This document shows, piece by piece, positions 9,170 through 17,180 of a DNA stretch of 32,000 nt. The stretch spans positions 5,850,001 to 5,882,000 of the forward strand of contig NC_010628.1 of the NCBI RefSeq assembly GCF_000020025.1, given 5' to 3'. A program made the position numbers and the translations under genes. Under the pieces are notes generated by a model that made no database searches, had not been told where the DNA came from, and saw only the letters and a list, made by a program, of their open reading frames with translations. How positions within the stretch are numbered: position 1 is the first letter of the stretch; every line of letters begins with the position of its first letter. Source of the DNA: Nostoc punctiforme PCC 73102. Lineage in GTDB: Bacteria > Cyanobacteriota > Cyanobacteriia > Cyanobacteriales > Nostocaceae.

Positions 9170-9170
9170 A

Positions 9171-10643
9171 TTAATTAATTCCCCCAGCCATCAACAAACC
9201 AATTTCTTCCACCTTCGCCGTAGCTGCATCCAAAATAGCCACAAACTCACCTCTGTAGATTACGGCAATGCGATCGCTCATCGCCATCACTTCTTCTAAC
9301 TCAGTGGAAATATACAAAATTGCCGCACCGCGATCGCGTTCTGTTAAGATTCGAGACTGGACGGCTATTGTCGCCCCCACATCTAACCCCCTTGTGGGTT
9401 GCATAGCGATAATTAAAGCTGGTGTTAGCGCCAGTTCTCGCGCTAACACCACTTTTTGTTGATTTCCTCCCGAAAGCTGACTTACCAAGATATCTTTCCC
9501 ACTCGCCCGAATGTCAAACTCTTGCATTGCAGCTTGGGCACGATTAGCGATCGCTTCTTGTTGTAACAAAAAACGGCGACAAAATGGCAGATATTTAAAA
9601 GCTTTTAAAATCAAGTTTTGGGCGATACTAAATTGCAACACCAATCCCATTGTCTGCCTATCTTCTGGGATGTAGCCTACTGAGGAATGTTTAGGCGTAA
9701 ACTCAATTTTACCCTGCTTAATAGTCCGCACAAAAGCGATGGCATCAGCTAATTCTCGCTGTCCATTGCCATCGACACCAGCAATTCCTAAAATTTCTCC
9801 CGCCCGCAGTTCAAAAGATACATTATTCACAGCAAGAATATTTCTTTCATCAGCAACTTGCAAATTTTGCACCGATAAAATGATTTCTCCTGGTAATGTA
9901 GGACTTTTATTTAACTGTAAAGCTACTTCCCGTCCTACCATTAATGTTGCTAACTGCTGAGATGTCGCCGCTTCAGTTGATGTTGTTGCTACTACCTTTC
10001 CCTGGCGCAAAACTGTGACTGAATCACAGAGATTCATTACCTCTTCTAATTTATGACTGATAAAAATGATTGTATTGCCCGCAGAGGCCAATTGGCGCAA
10101 GATAGCAATTAATGATTCTACTTCTGGCGGTGTCAAAACTGCTGTAGGTTCATCAAGAATCAACAATTTTGCTTGACGGTAGAGAACTTTGAGAATTTCT
10201 ACCCGTTGTTGTGCCCCAACAGATAAATTTTCAACTTTGGCAGTAGGGTCAATTTCTAATCCATAAGCTTGGGATAAGGCGGCGATTTTTTGCTGTTTAT
10301 CTTCTAGATTTAGCCGCCAAGTTTTCTCTATCCCTAAGATGATATTTTCTGTGACAGTCAATTTCGGTATAAGCATGAAGTGTTGGTAAATCATGCCAAT
10401 GCCTAATTTTATTGCCTCATTTGGTGAAGTAATTTTGATGGGTTGTTCTTGGAGATAAATTTCACCAGCATCAGGTTGATAGAGTCCACTAATAATATTC
10501 ATTAAAGTACTCTTCCCTGCCCCATTTTCGCCTAGTATTGCATGAATGCTTCCAGATGCCACAGAGAGATTTATATTGTCGTTAGCAATAAAAGACCCAA
10601 AGCGTTTAGTAATATTGTTTAAGCGTAAATAGTTCATATTCAC
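9171..10643 (-). CDS. ABC transporter ATP-binding protein with duplicated NBD (YufO/NupO-like)
   Basis: 490 aa. It has Walker A GENGAGKST, signature LSVGAQQRVEI and Walker B LLILDEPT. The second half has LSGGNQQKVVL and a degenerate second NBD, as is typical of sugar/nucleoside importer ATPases. Confidence 0.9.
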   Translation of the reverse strand: MNMNYLRLNNITKRFGSFIANDNINLSVASGSIHAILGENGAGKSTLMNIISGLYQPDAGEIYLQEQPIKITSPNEAIKLGIGMIYQHFMLIPKLTVTENIILGIEKTWRLNLEDKQQKIAALSQAYGLEIDPTAKVENLSVGAQQRVEILKVLYRQAKLLILDEPTAVLTPPEVESLIAILRQLASAGNTIIFISHKLEEVMNLCDSVTVLRQGKVVATTSTEAATSQQLATLMVGREVALQLNKSPTLPGEIILSVQNLQVADERNILAVNNVSFELRAGEILGIAGVDGNGQRELADAIAFVRTIKQGKIEFTPKHSSVGYIPEDRQTMGLVLQFSIAQNLILKAFKYLPFCRRFLLQQEAIANRAQAAMQEFDIRASGKDILVSQLSGGNQQKVVLARELALTPALIIAMQPTRGLDVGATIAVQSRILTERDRGAAILYISTELEEVMAMSDRIAVIYRGEFVAILDAATAKVEEIGLLMAGGIN

Positions 10644-10682
10644 AAAACTGATAGCTTGTAGTGAAGATTTGCGTCAATTTTA

Positions 10683-10764
10683 CCCCACCCTAACCCTCCC
10701 CTTAGAAAGGGAAGGGAACAAGATTTCTTATTTCCCCCCTTTCTAAGGGGGGATTAAGGGGGGG
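10683..10764. repeat. long G/C-tract palindromic element between SBP and ATPase genes
   Basis: CCCCACCCTAACCCTCCCCTTAGAAAGGGAAGGGAA (10683-10717) is an imperfect complement of TTCCCCCCTTTCTAAGGGGGGATTAAGGGGGG (10732-10764). Confidence 0.65.
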
Positions 10765-10805
10765 AATTTGATTACGAAAGTTTTTAAGATATCTATATGC
10801 TCAAC

Positions 10806-11864
10806 CTATGTTGTTGCTTTCTTCACACAGCGGGTATCCTTACCAGCCTCTTTGCAGTCTTCAAAAACGATTTTTTTATTAACAATCTCTTGTTTTGCAT
10901 TCAATACCTTTTGCTTTACTGCTTCCGGTATGATTGCTCCGAATTTCCCTAAAAATAATATATCTGGTCTTTCTAAACCAATTGTATATATTTGCCCTTT
11001 GATTTGTTTTTGTTTGGCTAATTCTGCTATGTAAGCTATGGCTAAATCTAAGCGTTTGACAGCGCTGGTTAAGACAGCTTTTGGTGCAACATCTAATTGA
11101 TCTTTGGTATTACCAAAAGCATATACTCCTTTTTCACCTGCTGTTTGTAAGACTGCGGCTGAAGCATTATCTAACCATTGATAGATGACATCAGCACCGG
11201 AAGAAACTAAGGCAAGAGTTGCTTCCTTAGCTTTGGCAACATCATCCCAATCACCTGTAAAAGTAGAAGTAATTTTGATATTTGGTTTAACAGACTTTGC
11301 CCCTAATTCAAATCCCCGCAGTTCTCCCTCGGTAGCGGGAAACTTCTCTCCAGCAATATAAGCTAATTTATTAGATTTAGTGAGAGAAGCACCGATAACA
11401 CCACACAAATAACTAGCTTGTAGGTGATCTATTCGTAAAGAAGCAATATTCTCACCCTTGAGATTACCATTTACTCCCACAAAAAATGTGTTGGGGAACT
11501 GTGAAGCGACTTGTTCAATTGCGGCATCAAATTGTCCGCCATGCGCGAAGATCAGATTGTAGCCTTTACGAGCAAAATCTGTTAATACTTCTGTTTGATC
11601 TGCTTGTGCTACCTTTTCTACATAGGCGGTTTCTGCACCTAGCTTTTGTTTTGCTAGATTGATTCCTTCATAACCAGATTGATTCCAGCCTTTGTCGGTA
11701 ATCGTACCAGGGAGAGCGATCGCTATTTTAAACCCTTCAGTACCACCTGTTGTTGTCGCTGTTGGTGTCGTCGGCTTATTACTGCAAGCTTGTACCACTA
11801 AGCTGGTAGCAAACGCGGCTGAACTAAACAAGATAAATTCACGCCGACTAAAGTTTGTTGTCAT
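10806..11864 (-). CDS. BMP-family (Med/PnrA-like) ABC transporter substrate-binding lipoprotein
   Basis: 352 aa. It has a signal peptide with a lipobox-like LVVQAC. The sequence KIAIALPGTITDKGWNQSGYEG...FAHGGQFD is typical of basic-membrane-protein nucleoside-binding SBPs. It is the first gene of the operon. Confidence 0.9.
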   Translation of the reverse strand: MTTNFSRREFILFSSAAFATSLVVQACSNKPTTPTATTTGGTEGFKIAIALPGTITDKGWNQSGYEGINLAKQKLGAETAYVEKVAQADQTEVLTDFARKGYNLIFAHGGQFDAAIEQVASQFPNTFFVGVNGNLKGENIASLRIDHLQASYLCGVIGASLTKSNKLAYIAGEKFPATEGELRGFELGAKSVKPNIKITSTFTGDWDDVAKAKEATLALVSSGADVIYQWLDNASAAVLQTAGEKGVYAFGNTKDQLDVAPKAVLTSAVKRLDLAIAYIAELAKQKQIKGQIYTIGLERPDILFLGKFGAIIPEAVKQKVLNAKQEIVNKKIVFEDCKEAGKDTRCVKKATT

Positions 11865-12117
11865 ACCTCGCCTTCAGATAAATAGTTATTTGAGTTATTT
11901 CAACACTCTAAAGTCGTAAGTGGTATTTTGGAAGCAATTTCTCCCGAATTTCTAAATTCAGCAAAATTACAGCATTATCTTGACTGTTTAGAGACAGCAG
12001 TAATTTATACAATAAATTTCTATTTTCCTTGAGTACCAGTAATTCATACTGTAACTTTAAGAAGTCGTGATTATGATTCTGATTGATTGGCTGATAATTT
12101 ACTGTGGAAAATATTTT

Positions 12118-12723
12118 TTATAATTCACTATCCGTAAAGGAAACTATGGATGGTAAAAATCTTTGATGAGATGGAGAAAATTCTAATCTTGCTGCACAAT
12201 CATCTATTTGTGATACTTCTAATTCAATTGTTTGTTCATTTTCTTCATCAAAAACCAATTGAATTTGATAATTTGTCCAAAATTGTTCGCCTAGTTCATC
12301 TTCTAAAGCTAAAAGTAGTTCTTCTTCATCACCCCATATATTCGACCAAAGGACTATTCTATTAGCCCGAAAATGATTTTGACCTGTTGTATCTCCAATT
12401 ACAAAATATGCTTCGACCCTTAAATTAAATTCTAAATCATCGACCTCTGCATCTGTGATATTACAGTTAACTATTATTAAGCTATCTGGGTTAACGTTTA
12501 CTAACTCCTCTTGACGTTTTAATAATTCTTCAAATACGAAATTCGGCAATAACTGGGAACTCTCTTCAAGTACTTGCTTTTGAGTTTCTGGTGAATAACG
12601 AGTTTTTAATTCTTGGGTGATTAAATTTAAAATATCTTTACTTGCTACATTGGCAACTATCTTTTTATTTGCAGGGTTAAGGAAGCATCCTTGATTAAGC
12701 TCAATGCGCTTTTTTATTGTCAT
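12118..12723 (-). CDS. hypothetical strongly acidic protein (orphan)
   Basis: 201-aa ORF in AT-rich DNA. My hand count is 37 D+E versus 16 K+R. There is no TM segment and no motif I recognise. Confidence 0.55.
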   Translation of the reverse strand: MTIKKRIELNQGCFLNPANKKIVANVASKDILNLITQELKTRYSPETQKQVLEESSQLLPNFVFEELLKRQEELVNVNPDSLIIVNCNITDAEVDDLEFNLRVEAYFVIGDTTGQNHFRANRIVLWSNIWGDEEELLLALEDELGEQFWTNYQIQLVFDEENEQTIELEVSQIDDCAARLEFSPSHQRFLPSIVSFTDSEL

Positions 12724-12789
12724 AGTTCTCTAAAGTACTTTTACTGCGATCGTATCATCTATAAATCAAATTAAAATTTGGTCGCATCA

Positions 12790-13137
12790 TTTTAAGAAGT
12801 GCCGCAGCTTGTTTGATTAAAGCATTAGCATCAAAGCTATAGCCGACACAGGCATAAACCCCACCTTGTAGAACTTGTCTGATTGCTTCCTAAGTAAGTA
12901 AACCACTGGCGACATTTAGATCCAATACTAAGTAAGTGATAACATTGTAATTGAGCGAAAGTGAAAATGCGATCGCGCACAGATGCTAGTTATGTTGCGA
13001 TTTGGTATTTATAACGTTGGGTTGATGGTTACTAAAAGAATACTATGGTATTTTCCTGGTGCTATGGGAGCCAATACATAAACACGCATTAAACCGCCAT
13101 CTGTTGTTAACTCGACATTGCACTTAGTGATTTGCAC
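12790..13137 (-). pseudogene. decayed dienelactone-hydrolase-family gene remnant
   Basis: Reverse translation from GTG 13137 gives (M)QITKCNVELTTDGGLMRVYVLAPIAPGKYHSILLV, then a stop at 13009-13011. This resembles the DLH N-terminus (x-DG-x-M-x-AY-x-x-P-x-x-G-x-x-P-x-hydrophobic run). Downstream frames are broken by stops. The extent toward 12790 is approximate. Confidence 0.35.
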
Positions 13138-13320
13138 TTTTTTGACTCCGTGTTATGCTTGCTGTCATTAGAGCAGCCTACTGTCGCCAGGCATTTATCC
13201 GCATTTACAAAATACCCGAACTTTTTACAGCATCTGTTTACTTTCAATCCACAAATTGGTGTTTTTGTCCCATCAGTGCGATCGGTTAATATGCATAGTG
13301 AAAGTTTGTTACGATTATCT

Positions 13321-13350
13321 TAATATTTAATAAATAAGTATTAAATATTA
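13321..13350. promoter_or_regulatory. perfect 12-bp dyad (candidate operator) upstream of mcrB
   Basis: TAATATTTAATA (13321-13332), a 6-nt spacer AATAAG, then TATTAAATATTA (13339-13350), which is the exact reverse complement. The dyad ends 38 bp upstream of ATG 13388. AAATAAGTA also repeats directly at 13332-13340 and 13353-13361. Confidence 0.35.
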
Positions 13351-13387
13351 TAAAATAAGTAATTTGGCTATTTAGATCATCCATGAT

Positions 13388-14977
13388 ATGAATCAAAAAA
13401 ATATTCTTACTTGGGGTGATGTAGCTTACGCTTCCCGAATTGCGACTGGAGGCTCAAAGCAGGAATGGGAGGCTTTAGAACTGATTTGGCAAGCATGGGA
13501 AATAATAATCTACACCGGACTTGCAACTTATTCTAATAAACGTGAGCTTTTGCTAGTAGTTATAAGATTTTTTGCTATTGTAAGTTTTTACCTGGAATTT
13601 TTTAATGATTATTATTGGGAATACTATATTAATAATTACAGTAGAGAGTGGCTTAAAGGTATTCACATAATTCCCGATTACAATGAATATATAATCGACT
13701 GTGTAAATGGTTTATGCTGTCCTATACTGCCAAAATCCGAACCAAATAATCTACTTTTGTACTTTGTCGAGAATGCTTTACAGCAAGTAATGCAAGTACC
13801 GATGGATAGCCTAAATAGTGACTCAATGATATTTAAATCTGTATGGGAAATTAGTCACCAGCAGTTTCAATTAGATGGAGATATATATGAGTTGCAGAGA
13901 AGAGAAGCTGAACTAATTAGTGAGAGTATATTTTTGGATAAGATCATAAACTTAGCCGAAATACATGAGAATTATAATCAAAACAATGAATTTATTAGAG
14001 ATGAAGCTGCAATCATAGAAATATTTTTTGACGAAGATAATACAGACTTAGAATGGATGAAATGCACAAATCATATAGATTTTCAAAAATCTCAAGAAGT
14101 TATAGATGCTACTAATAAATTTATAGCTTTTTTTTCCTGTTATCAAATAAAGCCTAACTTTTCTCTGAAGCATTGTTCTGAAATAATTGGGTTTAATGAA
14201 ACAGATTTAAAACGGTGGATACGTACAATTAATCGCAAAAAACAAATAATTTTAAGCGGTTCACCTGGAACAGGAAAAACCTTTATTGCTAAACACCTTG
14301 CAGAACATTTAATAGGTGGTAGTGATGGCTTCTCAGAACTTCTGCAATTTCACCCCACATACTCTTATGAAGACTTTATTCAAGGTATACGTCCTCAAAG
14401 CCAAGATGGACAATTAACATACCCTTTGGTTCCAGGCCGTTTTCTAAAATTCTGCAAAGAAGCAGAGTACCATCAAGGAACTTGCGTTTTAATTATCGAT
14501 GAAATAAACCGTGCTAATCTCGCACAAGTTTTTGGCGAACTAATGTACTTACTTGAGTACCGAAATAGAGAAATTCCACTAGCTGGTGGTAACACCTTTC
14601 GCATTCCAGAAAATGTCCGCATTATTGGCACGATGAATACAGCAGATAGGTCTATTGCCAATATAGATCATGCGCTACGCCGCCGCTTTGCATTTATCGA
14701 ACTTCGTCCAAATTATGATGTCCTGCGACGTTATCACCAAAAAAGAGGTTTTGCAGTAGAAGGATTAATTAATATTTTACAGCAATTAAATCAGGCGATT
14801 GCAGATAAAAATTACGAAATTGGTATTTCATTCTTCTTAACAGACAACCTACGTGAAGATATGGATGATATATGGCCTATGGAAATTGAACCATATTTAG
14901 AAGAGTACTTTTTTAATCAGCTAGCAAAAGTAGATGAGTTTCGCTGGGATAAAATAAAAGATAAACTATGGATATAA
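13388..14977 (+). CDS. mcrB: McrB-like AAA+ GTPase subunit of a type IV (McrBC-type) restriction system, with an unrecognised N-terminal domain
   Basis: 529 aa. Walker A GSPGTGKT starts at aa 291 and Walker B is VLIIDEINRA. The McrB-type NxxD motif is GTMNTADRS. RRRF is present, as is HPTYSYEDFIQG, typical of McrB/GTPase-subunit homologues. Residues 1 to ~265 match nothing I know. Confidence 0.85.
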   Translation: MNQKNILTWGDVAYASRIATGGSKQEWEALELIWQAWEIIIYTGLATYSNKRELLLVVIRFFAIVSFYLEFFNDYYWEYYINNYSREWLKGIHIIPDYNEYIIDCVNGLCCPILPKSEPNNLLLYFVENALQQVMQVPMDSLNSDSMIFKSVWEISHQQFQLDGDIYELQRREAELISESIFLDKIINLAEIHENYNQNNEFIRDEAAIIEIFFDEDNTDLEWMKCTNHIDFQKSQEVIDATNKFIAFFSCYQIKPNFSLKHCSEIIGFNETDLKRWIRTINRKKQIILSGSPGTGKTFIAKHLAEHLIGGSDGFSELLQFHPTYSYEDFIQGIRPQSQDGQLTYPLVPGRFLKFCKEAEYHQGTCVLIIDEINRANLAQVFGELMYLLEYRNREIPLAGGNTFRIPENVRIIGTMNTADRSIANIDHALRRRFAFIELRPNYDVLRRYHQKRGFAVEGLINILQQLNQAIADKNYEIGISFFLTDNLREDMDDIWPMEIEPYLEEYFFNQLAKVDEFRWDKIKDKLWI

Positions 14978-15945
14978 ACCCAGCACAACCAAGAATTATT
15001 GAACTTACAGAATACGAAAATAAATCATTTCAACGTACCGAAATACCCGATTCAGCAGGAGTTGAGTTATATGAAAAATACAAAACCCAAGTAGATATAG
15101 AATTTCCTACCTATAAAACGAGAGAACATTGGAAACTCCAAGCAAAAGGATGGGTAGGTTACATTCCTGTAACTCATAAATTGCATATAAAAATAAATCC
15201 AAAAGTGCCGCTCCAAAACCTCTTCGGAATGCTGGAATATGCCTACAATTTTAAAGGTTTCCGCTTTCTCGAAGGTATGATGGATTGTAAATCCTTAGAG
15301 AATTTTTATAATAATCTGGCTCATATATTAGCCGATAAAGTTTTAGAGCGATGCCGCAAAGGATTATATCGTACTTACTTGCCCAAAACACAGCAGCTTT
15401 CTTTTGTACGGGGAAGGCTAGATGTGCAACAGCTAATTCAAAAGCCGTGGAATGTTAAACTTAAATGCGATTACGAAGAACATACGGCTGATATTAAAGA
15501 AAATCAAATCCTGGCATGGACACTTTATATCATTGGTCGTAGCAGCTTATGTTCAGAGAGAGTATCACCAACAGTACGAAAAGCCTATCATGCCCTACAA
15601 GGATTAGTAACGCTGCAACCTTGTAGCACAGAAGATTGTATTTTCAGACAGTATAATCGCCTTAATCCTGACTATGAACTATTACATAATTTATGTCGAT
15701 TCTTTTTAGAAAATAGTAGCCCCAGTCATGAGAGAGGAAATTACAAAACTCTACCTTTTCTCGTCGATATGGCACATTTATATGAACTTTTTGTTGCAGA
15801 ATGGCTTAATAAAAACATACCACAAGGCTATTTTATTAAACAGCAACATCCAATAGAAATTAGTCAGAATCGGCATTTCAGTATAGATATATTACTGTGT
15901 GATACCGATACTGGCAAAACAATAGCAGTTTTGGATACAAAGTAG
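14968..15945 (+). pseudogene. mcrC: McrC-like nuclease subunit, 5' part (325 codons), truncated by IS insertion
   Basis: The ATG overlaps the mcrB stop by 10 nt (ATGGATATAA). The McrC-like N-terminal region is WKLQAKGWVGYIPV...IKINPK. The fragment ends FSIDILLCDTDTGKTIAVLDTK, followed by a TAG supplied at the IS junction. Confidence 0.85.
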
Positions 15946-16946
15946 ACTTGTCGGGAAATAAGAGAGAATAGACAGCAGTGGTAGGGAAGAATGATGCTGA
16001 ATATTGAAGGTGCGCTGAAGCAAGACCGACTGTTGAGGGCATTAACTGGGTTGAACCGGAAAGCATTTGATGCCCTTTTGCCCACGTTTACCACGATGTA
16101 CCTAGATACTCAACAGGCCAAGCCTCGTCAACGTGGCCTGGGTGGAGGACGCAAAGCCCGCTTACTTACAGCCCAAGACAAATTGTTTTTCATCCTTTTC
16201 TATTTCAAATGTTATCCGACCTTCGATGTGGCGGGACTGCTCTTTGATATGCATCGCTCCCAGGCACATGAGTGGATGCATCGATTGCAGCCAATATTAG
16301 AAGCGGCTTTGGGACAGAAGATGGCGCTGCCGGAACGCCATCTCGAAAGCATTGAAGCATTTTTGTCACGCTTTCCAGGAGTGCAACGAGTGATGATTGA
16401 TGGGACAGAACGCCCAATTGCGCGACCTCAAGAAAGAGAACAACAACAACAGAATTACTCCGGTAAAAAGAAACGTCATACGCATAAACACTTGGCGGCA
16501 GTTGATGAAACCAAACGGGTCTTGATCTTAAGCAAAGCACGAGAAGGCAAACTGCATGACAAACGTTTTCATGACGAAGATGACATTGCAGGTAGTGTGC
16601 CTGATGAAATTCCGATTGAAGTAGACTCGGGCTTTCAGGGATTACAGAAGCAGTATGACAATCTCCATCTTCCTCACAAAAAGCCCAAAGGGGGCAAGTT
16701 AAGTGACCTTCAAAAAACGGAGAATCGTCAATTGAGTCAATCCCGTGTAGTTTGCGAAAATGCCTTTGCTGGTGTGAAGCGCTACAACGCCGCCAGTGTC
16801 ATTTATCGTAATCGGATTGAAAACTTTGATGACCATTTGATGCTGACCGCAGCAGGATTATGGAACTTCTACTTGATGGCTGCTTAAGAGAATCCCAATT
16901 ACAAGACCAGCATTGCCTCACTTATCTTTTATTTCCCGACAACTCT
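15944..16946 (+). mobile_element. IS5-family-like insertion sequence (DDE_Tnp_4/Harbinger-type), 1003 bp
   Basis: The left end is AGACTTGTCGGGAAATAAGAGAGAA. The reverse complement of the right end is AGAGTTGTCGGGAAATAAAAGATAA (22/25 match). AGT flanks both ends (15941-15943 and 16947-16949). Removing the IS plus one AGT copy restores an open mcrC frame. Confidence 0.85.
15991..16887 (+). CDS. IS5-like DDE transposase (N-terminal HTH plus DDE_Tnp_4-type core)
   Basis: 298 aa. The sequence MIDGTERPIARPQEREQQQQNYSGKKKRHTHK...SGFQGL...ENRQLSQSRVVCENAFAGVKRY is the pattern of the PIF/Harbinger-IS5 DDE superfamily. Confidence 0.8.
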   Translation: MMLNIEGALKQDRLLRALTGLNRKAFDALLPTFTTMYLDTQQAKPRQRGLGGGRKARLLTAQDKLFFILFYFKCYPTFDVAGLLFDMHRSQAHEWMHRLQPILEAALGQKMALPERHLESIEAFLSRFPGVQRVMIDGTERPIARPQEREQQQQNYSGKKKRHTHKHLAAVDETKRVLILSKAREGKLHDKRFHDEDDIAGSVPDEIPIEVDSGFQGLQKQYDNLHLPHKKPKGGKLSDLQKTENRQLSQSRVVCENAFAGVKRYNAASVIYRNRIENFDDHLMLTAAGLWNFYLMAA

Positions 16947-16948
16947 AG

Positions 16949-17176
16949 TATAAAGCTCCTGAACAGGCAGGAAATACAGATATTTATCAAATGATCAGCT
17001 ACGCCAACACAACAAAATGCGAACAAGCCTTTTTGATATACCCTAAAGACTTGACACACCCACTAAATATTAAAAGCGATCAAATCCGAGTCCGCAGCCT
17101 CACCTTTTCCCTAGATGATAATCTCGATCGCACAGGTCAAACCTTCTTAAAAAACCTTTTTCTCCTAATCCCTTAA
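16949..17176 (+). pseudogene. mcrC: McrC-like nuclease subunit, 3' part (75 codons) displaced by the IS
   Basis: This frame reads YKAPEQAGNTDIYQMISYANTTKCEQAFLIYPKD. It is the expected continuation of the PD-(D/E)xK core (DTK-YK ... YQ ... LIYP). It joins in frame to codon AAG 15940-15942. Confidence 0.8.
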
Positions 17177-17180
17177 AACT

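Noticed and set aside
9268-9960. Plus-strand ORFs 9268-9462 and 9739-9960
   Set aside because: They are antisense shadows of the ABC ATPase gene.
10768-11919. Plus-strand ORFs 10768-11034 and 11692-11919
   Set aside because: They are antisense to the BMP substrate-binding protein gene. The first begins inside the palindromic repeat.
12150-12365. 71-aa plus-strand ORF
   Set aside because: It is antisense to the 201-aa acidic ORF, and its translation is low-complexity Leu/Ile/His-rich sequence typical of AT-rich shadow frames. Neither ORF has homology support, but the longer one has more balanced composition.
13132-13323. 63-aa plus-strand ORF between the DLH stub and mcrB
   Set aside because: It uses a TTG-type start, has no SD, and overlaps the opposite-strand DLH remnant. 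It is probably non-coding spacer.
14473-14661. 62-aa minus-strand ORF
   Set aside because: It is antisense inside the McrB AAA+ core.
15864-16094. Two minus-strand ORFs (15864-16094, 15878-16066) spanning the mcrC/IS junction
   Set aside because: They cross the IS terminal repeat and are antisense to both mcrC and the transposase, so they are an artefact of the junction.
16205-16540. 111-aa minus-strand ORF
   Set aside because: It is antisense within the IS5-like transposase gene.
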